Assembly: GCA_027491215.1 (NCBI GenBank)
Contig: JAIXWP010000103.1
Span: 10,354 to 74,353, forward strand
Source: Flavobacteriales bacterium
GTDB taxonomy: Bacteria; Bacteroidota; Bacteroidia; Flavobacteriales_D; Sanyastnellaceae
Direction: 5' to 3'
Length of the DNA: 64,000 nt
Below, piece after piece: positions 57,063 through 64,000 of this stretch. The translations under genes and the position numbers were made by a program. Position 1 is the stretch's first letter, and every line of letters starts with the position of its first letter. Under the pieces are notes generated by a model. That model ran no database searches. It was given only the letters and a program-made list of their open reading frames with translations, and had not been told where the DNA came from.

Positions 57063-58448
57063 CTAGTCTATCAATTGTTGGATTTCTTTCATCACTCTTT
57101 CGGCCAAAGCATCTGCAGCTTCTTTCGAATTACTTTCAGCATAGATTCGAATAATGGGTTCCGTATTACTCTTTCTTAAGTGCACCCATTCCGTTGGAAA
57201 ATCGAGTTTTACACCATCAACCGTATTGACTTCAGCATTCGCGAAGAGCGTCTTTGTTTTTTCCAAAATAGAATCAACTGGAGTACTTGCGTCTAGCTCT
57301 ATCTTATTCTTAGAGATAGTGTATTGCGGGTAAGAATTCTTAAGAGCAGTCATACTCATCTTCTTTTCAGCTAAATGAGATAAGAACAGCGCAATGCCTA
57401 CAAGAGCATCGCGTCCATAATGCGATTCAGGATAGATGATACCACCATTTCCTTCGCCACCGATTACTGCCCCGATTGCTTTCATTTTAGCCACCACATT
57501 CACCTCACCCACCGCAGCGGCTTGATACTCTTGACCAGCAGCTCGGGTAACATCGCGCAGAGCGCGAGTTGATGAAAGATTAGAAACAGTATTTCCGGGA
57601 GTTTTAGAAAGCACGTAATCTGCAACAGCCACTAGCGTGTATTCTTCACCGAACATTGAACCATCTTCATTCACAAATGCAAGTCGATCTACATCAGGAT
57701 CCACGACGATTCCTAAGTCGCATTTCTTTTCTTTCATTAAATTAGAAAGATCTGTAAGGTGCTCAGGAAGCGGTTCAGGATTATGAGGAAAGTGCCCCGT
57801 AGGATCACAGAAAAGCTTTTCTACTCTTTTCACGCCTAATGCCTCGAGAAGTGCCGGAACGAAAATCCCACCAGATGAATTGACCGCGTCAACCGCTATG
57901 TAGAAATCAGCCTTTTCAATAGCATCTTTATTCACTAGAGGTAACGATAGGATTTGACTCAAGTGAATGTTTAAATAGTCCTTCGTTGAAACAGACCCAA
58001 GGTCCTTCACATCAGCAAAAGCAGTATTGCCGTCCTCTGCGAGTTCTAGCATTTTAAGGCCCTGTTCGGCACTAATAAATTCGCCCTTTGAGTTGAGGAG
58101 TTTCAGTGCATTCCATTGTCCAGGATTGTGACTTGCAGTAAGAATGATACCTGCATCTGCCTTTTCCAAAGGAACAGCAATTTCTACAGTTGGGGTGGTG
58201 CTAAGTCCTAGGTCTATAACGTTTGCACCCATACCTATAAGAGTAGACGTCACTAAACTTGAGATCATTGGGCCGCTTAGTCTTGCATCTCTTCCAATCA
58301 CAACAGTAATTGCAGACTTGCCCGACTCCAATTGGATGAGTTTACAAAAAGCTGCTGAAAACTTGACAACATCGATTGGAGTGAGGTTATCCCCCTCCTT
58401 TCCGCCAATGGTGCCTCTGATTCCAGATATAGATTTAATTAATGTCAT
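57063..58448 (-). CDS. glmM: phosphoglucosamine mutase (alpha-D-phosphohexomutase family)
   Basis: The ORF extends to 58496. I prefer the ATG at 58448 (MTLIKSISGIRGT). Active-site TASHNPGQWNALK and the metal loop DPDVDR. Confidence 0.85.
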   Translation of the reverse strand: MTLIKSISGIRGTIGGKEGDNLTPIDVVKFSAAFCKLIQLESGKSAITVVIGRDARLSGPMISSLVTSTLIGMGANVIDLGLSTTPTVEIAVPLEKADAGIILTASHNPGQWNALKLLNSKGEFISAEQGLKMLELAEDGNTAFADVKDLGSVSTKDYLNIHLSQILSLPLVNKDAIEKADFYIAVDAVNSSGGIFVPALLEALGVKRVEKLFCDPTGHFPHNPEPLPEHLTDLSNLMKEKKCDLGIVVDPDVDRLAFVNEDGSMFGEEYTLVAVADYVLSKTPGNTVSNLSSTRALRDVTRAAGQEYQAAAVGEVNVVAKMKAIGAVIGGEGNGGIIYPESHYGRDALVGIALFLSHLAEKKMSMTALKNSYPQYTISKNKIELDASTPVDSILEKTKTLFANAEVNTVDGVKLDFPTEWVHLRKSNTEPIIRIYAESNSKEAADALAERVMKEIQQLID

Positions 58449-58600
58449 TTCTTGGTTGTTTACGGTGTAAAAGTACGCAGGAGTAAGGGAAATCAAACAT
58501 TTCTAAACGAACAATTCGCTTCAAATCAAATGAATTTCATACCCTTATTTTGGCAGGATGTAACCTTTATAAGACATCTCAGGTACAAGCACCCAACTAC

Positions 58601-60841
58601 ATGATCCACCCTAGGAACATAACATTTAAGACCACTGTATGCCTTTTATTATGTCTGTCCTTCTTTAAAAGTTTCGCACAGACGTATGAGGTAGAACCGG
58701 TAAATTTCAATTCGAAAGATGCAGACTTTGGTGCAATTCGATATGAAAACGGAGTCGTCTTTTGCAGCTCTCGACAACAGAAAAAATTAAGTTCTGATGT
58801 TGACACAAAGAACTTTTACACCGATATGTTCTTATCGAAGCTTGATCCAAGCCGAAGATTCTCAGCCCCTGAATTATTCTCTAATGAACTTGCCGGTATC
58901 TTAAATGAAGGTCCAGCAACATTCTCATCCGACTTCACCACTATTTATTATTCAGCGAATATTGTTCCTGATAAAAAACAAAAGGAAGACAAAGCAAAAG
59001 AAGAGGATCAAGAGGATCATATTGAAGAGTATAAACTTGGAATTTTCATTGCACAGTTTGAAAATGGCATTTGGGTTAAAAAAGGCGGTCACCCATTGAA
59101 TACTCCCAATTCCAGATATGACATTGCCCATCCTTTCTTCTCAGGTGATAGTATTCTCTACTTTGCATCCAACATGTCAGGTGGCGAGGGTGGTACAGAT
59201 ATCTACTACAGCAGATTAAATAATGGAGTGTGGTCTGAACCAATAAATCTCGGTCCAGAGATCAATACAGAAGGAAATGAAATTTTTCCTTTCATGTCAA
59301 AAAATGGCACATTCTATTTTAGCAGTGATGGCCATCATGAAGATCGTGATCGCACTGATATGGATGTATTCTATAGCGTACTTAAAGGTGCTGGAGAATG
59401 GGATAAAACACGAGCTCTACCAGAGCCGATTAACACAGAATACAACGACTTCGCATATACTGAATTTACAAACGAAACATTTGGATTCATTAGTAGTGAT
59501 AGAGATGAAGAACAAGACAATATTTATTCCTTCTCGAAATCACTGCCACAGTTTATTGAGTGTAAAGAAAATCAAAGAACTGTATTATGCTATCATATTG
59601 AAGACAGTGAAATCGAGGCCTTACCAGGACTTCCACTCGTATATCAGTGGGACCTTGGAGATGGAACAATAACAGAGGGAGTATCGGTTGATCACTGTTA
59701 TGCAAATCATGGAATCTACGATGTGAAATTATCCATCAAGGATACATTAACCAATCAAGTATTTCAAGATGTTTCTACATCGAGATTAGAAATCATTGAA
59801 TATGAGCAGCCATTCATACTATCGAATGATTCAGTAGTCATGAACTACCCCATGGTATTCTTCTCTGATGATTCACCGATTAAAAAATATAAGACAGCAA
59901 AACACTATTGGATTATTGATGATCAGTATCACTTCGAAGGAGATACATTAGAATACCAATTCACAACGCCAGGATATCATAATGTTCTATGCGGGGCTGT
60001 AAGTGAGCCACTACCTAATGGTGAAGTACTTAAGAGCTGTTCTTATAAACAAATCTTTGTACTTGATCAAGAAACGGAAGGCTTCCCACAAATGAATCCA
60101 GACCCTAAAGTAGAGCCTGTGAAATATATCCAGATGCGTGAAAACGTAACTGCTTTCGTTGGAGAGGAACGTAAAATAGAAACACTCTATCGAATCATCA
60201 TTACAAAGTCATTAGAGCGATTGACAATGAATAACCCAATTTTTGCAGACATCGATGGAGAAATTGTTGAAACTCGCGCTGTAGATGGATTGTACACTTA
60301 CTCTGTTGGTGTTGCCGATGATGTAAAAGCGATTTATGAACTACAGAAAAAACTCTATAATAAAACAAAGAAATACTTCAAAGTTGAATCATTTGACAAT
60401 TCTACTTTTGCTGTTGAATATGTAAGAAAAGGAGAATATATTTCTTCCAAAGATGCCGAGCAATTGAATGTTGAATTCAATAAACTTCGCGATATTAAAT
60501 TCGAATACAACAGCGCAGAAATCAAGACTGAATCTTTCAAAAATCTAGATTACATAGCAGCCATGCTGATGTTAGAAGAAGGCTTTGAATTGAAAGTAAA
60601 CGCACATACATGCGACCTAGGTTCACATGAATACAATCAAGTATTATCTGAGAAACGTGCACAAAGCGTAGTTGATTACTTCGTTAAGAAGGGCCTACCA
60701 CTCGAGCGTTTCATAAGCAAAGGTTTTGCTGAAACTTCACCACTTGAATCAAATGCTACCGAACAAGGTAAAGCAGCGAATCGAAGAGTGGAATTCATCA
60801 TCATCTTCCATCCTACTATTTCTGAAAATGAGAAAAATTAA
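58601..60841 (+). CDS. envelope protein: TolB-like PD40 beta-propeller + PKD domain(s) + C-terminal OmpA_C peptidoglycan-binding domain
   Basis: The track starts at TTG 58550. I prefer the ATG at 58601 (signal peptide ...FFKSFAQ). Repeated PD40-like blades (ILYFASN..GG.GGTDIYYS; FYFSSDG...DVFYS). PKD signature YQWDLGDGT...HCYANHGIYDVKLSIKD. C-terminal HTCDLGSHEYNQVLSEKRAQSV...NRRVEF. Confidence 0.75.
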   Translation: MIHPRNITFKTTVCLLLCLSFFKSFAQTYEVEPVNFNSKDADFGAIRYENGVVFCSSRQQKKLSSDVDTKNFYTDMFLSKLDPSRRFSAPELFSNELAGILNEGPATFSSDFTTIYYSANIVPDKKQKEDKAKEEDQEDHIEEYKLGIFIAQFENGIWVKKGGHPLNTPNSRYDIAHPFFSGDSILYFASNMSGGEGGTDIYYSRLNNGVWSEPINLGPEINTEGNEIFPFMSKNGTFYFSSDGHHEDRDRTDMDVFYSVLKGAGEWDKTRALPEPINTEYNDFAYTEFTNETFGFISSDRDEEQDNIYSFSKSLPQFIECKENQRTVLCYHIEDSEIEALPGLPLVYQWDLGDGTITEGVSVDHCYANHGIYDVKLSIKDTLTNQVFQDVSTSRLEIIEYEQPFILSNDSVVMNYPMVFFSDDSPIKKYKTAKHYWIIDDQYHFEGDTLEYQFTTPGYHNVLCGAVSEPLPNGEVLKSCSYKQIFVLDQETEGFPQMNPDPKVEPVKYIQMRENVTAFVGEERKIETLYRIIITKSLERLTMNNPIFADIDGEIVETRAVDGLYTYSVGVADDVKAIYELQKKLYNKTKKYFKVESFDNSTFAVEYVRKGEYISSKDAEQLNVEFNKLRDIKFEYNSAEIKTESFKNLDYIAAMLMLEEGFELKVNAHTCDLGSHEYNQVLSEKRAQSVVDYFVKKGLPLERFISKGFAETSPLESNATEQGKAANRRVEFIIIFHPTISENEKN

Positions 60842-61814
60842 AATCATATTTCCCATTATTATTTGGAGTTCACTTACAGGAATTCTGAATGCTCAGCCTG
60901 TGCCTGCGGCAGATGAGAACATTCCGTTTTTAGTGACCTTCGGAAAAGATGCTGGAACAAAATGGGGTGACGATGATTTCGCACAAACCTTCTTTTTCTC
61001 CATTCCAAAAGATTTCAAGACACCATTCTATATCAGAGTATTCGATCCGGAATGCGGAGGGAAGCATGATGAAAATAATGGAGGGTTTACAACTATGACG
61101 CGCTATTCTATTTACGGCGGCGCGGGATGCATCACAACAGATGATGCTCGTGCAGTGGATCCAAAAGGAAATTTCAAAAGTGGAAATCAGCTGGCAACAA
61201 AGACATTTGGTGCAGATTTGAAATATGATAATGGATGGTACACCTTTGGCCCTTTTAATCCTGCTGAAGGAGAGTTGGCGACCAAATATGGTGGCTATAT
61301 CTTCAAGTTAATTTGCGAGGGCATTAAGGGGGATGATGGCAACCTATATCGTTACCATATGTCTACTTCAGCAGATAAGAATGTATCTGTAGAAGGAGGA
61401 AACGCCTTTACGTTTGAATACACCTTCCGTTTGCATACAGATGGAAATCAGACCAGTCATATCTATCCGTACATCGATGACAAAGTGATTTCAATTAGTC
61501 AATATAACTTCGACTGGGATGATGACGGTTATATCAAATTAGTGTCGGTATCCAATCCTGGTGAGTATTTGAAGACATCGATTGAAAACGCCTGGGCAGA
61601 AAGCAAGTACTTTATAAAAGCTTCAGAGCGTGGTAAATCCTTAGATATTCAATTCAAAAAAGACAATAAAGCCAACATTAACAACAACAATGTAGTATTT
61701 TCCGTCCGGAATCAATACGGTGAATCATTGCCCTTTTTTACAGTGCCTATTGGAGGAATCCCAAAGCCACAAGGACAGGTTTCAATAAAACCAATTGCTT
61801 CTGGTAAAAAATAA
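60828..61814 (+). CDS. secreted protein of unknown function
   Basis: The track ORF starts at 60726, inside the preceding gene. I prefer the ATG at 60828 (MRKIKIIFPIIIWSSLTGILNAQ signal peptide, 328 aa), which overlaps the upstream stop by 14 nt. It is Gly/Asp/aromatic-rich and I recognise no motif. Confidence 0.55.
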   Translation: MRKIKIIFPIIIWSSLTGILNAQPVPAADENIPFLVTFGKDAGTKWGDDDFAQTFFFSIPKDFKTPFYIRVFDPECGGKHDENNGGFTTMTRYSIYGGAGCITTDDARAVDPKGNFKSGNQLATKTFGADLKYDNGWYTFGPFNPAEGELATKYGGYIFKLICEGIKGDDGNLYRYHMSTSADKNVSVEGGNAFTFEYTFRLHTDGNQTSHIYPYIDDKVISISQYNFDWDDDGYIKLVSVSNPGEYLKTSIENAWAESKYFIKASERGKSLDIQFKKDNKANINNNNVVFSVRNQYGESLPFFTVPIGGIPKPQGQVSIKPIASGKK

Positions 61815-61818
61815 TGTG

Positions 61819-64000
61819 ATGAAATTTTTCCTCTCCACCCTCTTAGTAGTAGTATTCTTTTCATCAAGCTTTTCTCAGTCTTATAAATTCAAAATTTATA
61901 ATGAGAAAGATGGTCTTGAAAACCGTTATATCAACACCATTAATCAAGATCCAAATGGTCGATTGATCATAGGAACAGGTGAAGGATTATTCACTTTTGA
62001 CGGATTCAAATTCAAAGCATTTCATACCGCTGATTCACTTGCAGACGAACTCATTGAATGTAGCTTCAGCGATAGCGACGGCAGTATTTGGCTCGGTCAT
62101 GGAAACGGCAACGCAACAGTATTTCATGACTCTAAATGTCAGAAAATTAACCAGTCGAAATTCTTGACAAGTAAAGTTGTCGATATCACAAAAGACAACC
62201 AAAACAAAATTTGGATTGCTTCTCAGTCTTCCGGATTTGTTTGTACAGATAACACCTCAGCCCCTATTCATATAGTAAAGGGCCTTACCGATTTTACTAT
62301 TTTTTCGCTTCAAATAGACAAACAGAATAATTTCTGGATTGGTACAGATCTAGGATTAGTTCTTGGAAAAGTTCTTAAAAATGAAGAGATGGAAATCACT
62401 TATGTTGAGAATTTACCACTCTCTTCTGTGATTGATATCATCCCAACAAAAGAAGGTTATATTGTAGCTACAGAGGACGCGGGACTTTTTGATGTTAACT
62501 ACAACAATGGGACTTTCACCATTTCCCCACTTCTCTTCAATAATGCCGAGCTGACTGGTTTCCAAGTAAAAACGATTCGTCAGGATCAGGAACGAAATCT
62601 TTTGATCAGCACCAATCAGCATGGATTGATATTATACAGCAATCGCACTGGCAATACCTTTCAATCTCGTCAAACCTTTGATGAAGCGGGAACTGATGCA
62701 AGCAATAATGTAAAACTTAGTTTCCATGATCGCGAGGGTAATCTTTGGATTGGGACTATTGGGGGAGGTTTACACAAGTTAGAAGACGGCTATTTCTCAA
62801 ATTACAATGCTGAGTTAAACAGTGGCGTTTACTCCTTCCTCGTAGACAACGATACTTTATGGTCAGGCTATAAAGGCAAGATTAATATATCGACCCAGCA
62901 TCCTGGCAATATCATCAGCACATATGATCAATCACTAGGTCTTCCTGACGATATCATATCATGCATCTACAAAGACGACAACGGCTCGTATTGGGCAGGA
63001 ACAGATTCTAAAGGATGCTATGTATTATCAAAAAATAAAAAGAAGTTTCAAAAAGTTTCTTTGACTGCAGAGTTTGAAAATTGTAAGATCACATCCATTT
63101 CAGGACACGGTGAGATGGCTTACATTGCAACGAACTACGGTGTATTCTTCGTAAAGAATAATCGCGTCATTTCGCATGCTACAATCGAAACAGGTCTATC
63201 TGGCAACGTTGTAAAATCACTTTTCAAGGACTCAAAAAACCGTATTTGGTTAGGAACTACGTCACAAGAAATCCCTTATATCGAAAACGGAGAGTCAAAA
63301 TATTTCACTACTAAATTTGAGAATTTCCAACTGACATTAAAGTGTTTCACAGAAGATAAACAAGGAAATATTTGGGCAGGAACAGACGGTAACGGAGTCA
63401 TTTGTTTGACGTGTGAAGACAATAAATATTTTACTAAAGAAAACGGCTTAAATAGCGACTACTGTTATAGCCTAATTTACAGTAATGATGAACTTTGGGT
63501 AGGTCACCGTGCTGGGCTGAGTAAGATTAATCTAAAGAATAACACTATTACAGTTTATCAGCCTGAGGCATCACTCACACAAACATTTAACGAGAATGCA
63601 ATTACTAAATGCTACGGAGAATTTGTGCTGTTTGGTACAAGCGCTGGCATTATTCGTTATGACAAAACGAAAGATGTCAAAAATACTTTCGAACCGATTT
63701 TATCCATATCCAGCATTTTAATTTCTGATAAAGAAACATCTCTTCTTCCAATCATTAAATTGCCCTACGGCGACTATAAATTAGATATCGTTTTCCAAGG
63801 CATTTCACTAAAAAATCCGGAAGGAGTGAAATATCAATTCATTCTCGAGGGATATGACAATGAATGGAGTGAGCTCACCATAGAAAATATTGCACGATAC
63901 AATCACCTGCCTTCTGGTGAATATGAATTTAAAGTAAAGACTTATAACAGTGATGGCATTGGGGGAACTACCATTAAAAGTTTCAAAATCATTATTGCCC
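61819..64000 (+). CDS. two-component-regulator propeller (Reg_prop repeats) + Y_Y_Y domain sensor protein (partial; the output domain lies beyond the right edge)
   Basis: My own translation from the ATG at 61819 (MKFFLSTLLVVVFFSSSFSQ...) is open to the window end, about 727 codons. It is not in the ORF track. It carries many repeats of the W(I/L)GT..G(L/V) type (IWLGHGNG, IWIASQSSG, FWIGTDLGL, LWIGTIGGGL, YWAGTDSKG, IWLGTTSQ, IWAGTDGNG, LWVGHRAGL). The terminal VKYQFILEGYDNEWSEL...LPSGEYEFKVKTYNSDG is the Y_Y_Y motif. Confidence 0.8.
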   Translation, partial: MKFFLSTLLVVVFFSSSFSQSYKFKIYNEKDGLENRYINTINQDPNGRLIIGTGEGLFTFDGFKFKAFHTADSLADELIECSFSDSDGSIWLGHGNGNATVFHDSKCQKINQSKFLTSKVVDITKDNQNKIWIASQSSGFVCTDNTSAPIHIVKGLTDFTIFSLQIDKQNNFWIGTDLGLVLGKVLKNEEMEITYVENLPLSSVIDIIPTKEGYIVATEDAGLFDVNYNNGTFTISPLLFNNAELTGFQVKTIRQDQERNLLISTNQHGLILYSNRTGNTFQSRQTFDEAGTDASNNVKLSFHDREGNLWIGTIGGGLHKLEDGYFSNYNAELNSGVYSFLVDNDTLWSGYKGKINISTQHPGNIISTYDQSLGLPDDIISCIYKDDNGSYWAGTDSKGCYVLSKNKKKFQKVSLTAEFENCKITSISGHGEMAYIATNYGVFFVKNNRVISHATIETGLSGNVVKSLFKDSKNRIWLGTTSQEIPYIENGESKYFTTKFENFQLTLKCFTEDKQGNIWAGTDGNGVICLTCEDNKYFTKENGLNSDYCYSLIYSNDELWVGHRAGLSKINLKNNTITVYQPEASLTQTFNENAITKCYGEFVLFGTSAGIIRYDKTKDVKNTFEPILSISSILISDKETSLLPIIKLPYGDYKLDIVFQGISLKNPEGVKYQFILEGYDNEWSELTIENIARYNHLPSGEYEFKVKTYNSDGIGGTTIKSFKIIIA

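Noticed and set aside
4741-58575. Sigma-54 promoter candidates (TGGCAC occurrences, for example near 4744, 10744, 21385, 41084, 46463 and 53145, and TGGCAG near 58553).
   Set aside because: None has the required TTGC(A/T) element at the -12 spacing (N5 after TGGCAC). Most lie inside coding regions or on the wrong strand for a downstream gene.
59277-59672. A 131-aa same-strand, alternate-frame ORF inside the PD40/PKD/OmpA gene.
   Set aside because: It is out of frame within a region encoding recognisable PD40 blades and the PKD signature. Its translation is Ile/Lys/Leu-rich with no motif.
60726-60827. An upstream extension of the 60726-61814 ORF into the OmpA_C gene.
   Set aside because: It overlaps the conserved OmpA_C terminus (NRRVEF) in another frame. 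The internal ATG at 60828 gives a canonical signal peptide (MRKIKIIFPIIIWSSLTGILNAQ).
1-64000. CRISPR arrays, IS elements or transposases, rRNA, riboswitches or large structured RNAs.
   Set aside because: Every intergenic gap is under about 240 nt and none shows spaced direct repeats. No ORF has transposase or integrase motifs. I did not recognise any riboswitch-like conserved core in the short 5' regions. By-eye inspection cannot exclude small RNAs.

Overview
This window looks like a densely packed, mostly housekeeping chromosomal segment of a Bacteroidota genome (Flavobacteriia/Cytophagia-like). That placement is an inference from four things: a fused LpxC/FabZ gene, T9SS type-B C-terminal sorting domains, choice-of-anchor-L adhesin-like proteins, and TAnnTTTG -7 promoter boxes with no Shine-Dalgarno sequences. 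I can support 55 protein-coding genes and one tRNA-Val(TAC). Two of the genes are partial and run off the window edges, so they are absent from the supplied ORF track. No intergenic gap exceeds about 240 nt. I saw no rRNA, CRISPR array, transposase, integrase, phage genes or large non-coding region, and no classical defence or mobile island.

Core functions present:
- Central metabolism: gpmI, aconitase, lpd, hbd, an acyl-CoA ligase, hemE, pyrE, coaD, adk, AMP nucleosidase.
- Translation, replication and regulation: asnS, rpoN, holA, obg, rsmD.
- Envelope synthesis: lpxA, lpxC-fabZ, galE, glmM.

Accessory or poorly understood content, which is where the findings concentrate:
- (a) A ligase/exonuclease repair pair translationally coupled to a BtuF-fold protein that has no signal peptide.
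- (b) Two tandem choice-of-anchor-L / T9SS type-B CTD surface proteins, one carrying six tandem ~80-aa Cys-containing modules.
- (c) A small secreted protein with five ~26-aa Cys-rich repeats and a single dockerin-like Ca-loop.
- (d) Three OmpA_C-domain proteins, two of them tandem paralogues.
- (e) A tightly packed trio: a PD40/PKD/OmpA protein, an unknown secreted protein, and a Reg_prop/Y_Y_Y sensor.
- (f) A cluster of three small outer-membrane beta-barrel genes.
- (g) Extreme gene packing: 6 of 10 convergent gene pairs overlap at their 3' ends, and one divergent pair shares start codons inside CCATGG.

I cannot show that any of these is a new system. The trio at 58.6-64 kb and the ligase operon are my best candidates, and both remain hypotheses. 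All family assignments rest on motifs I recognised by eye, with no database search.
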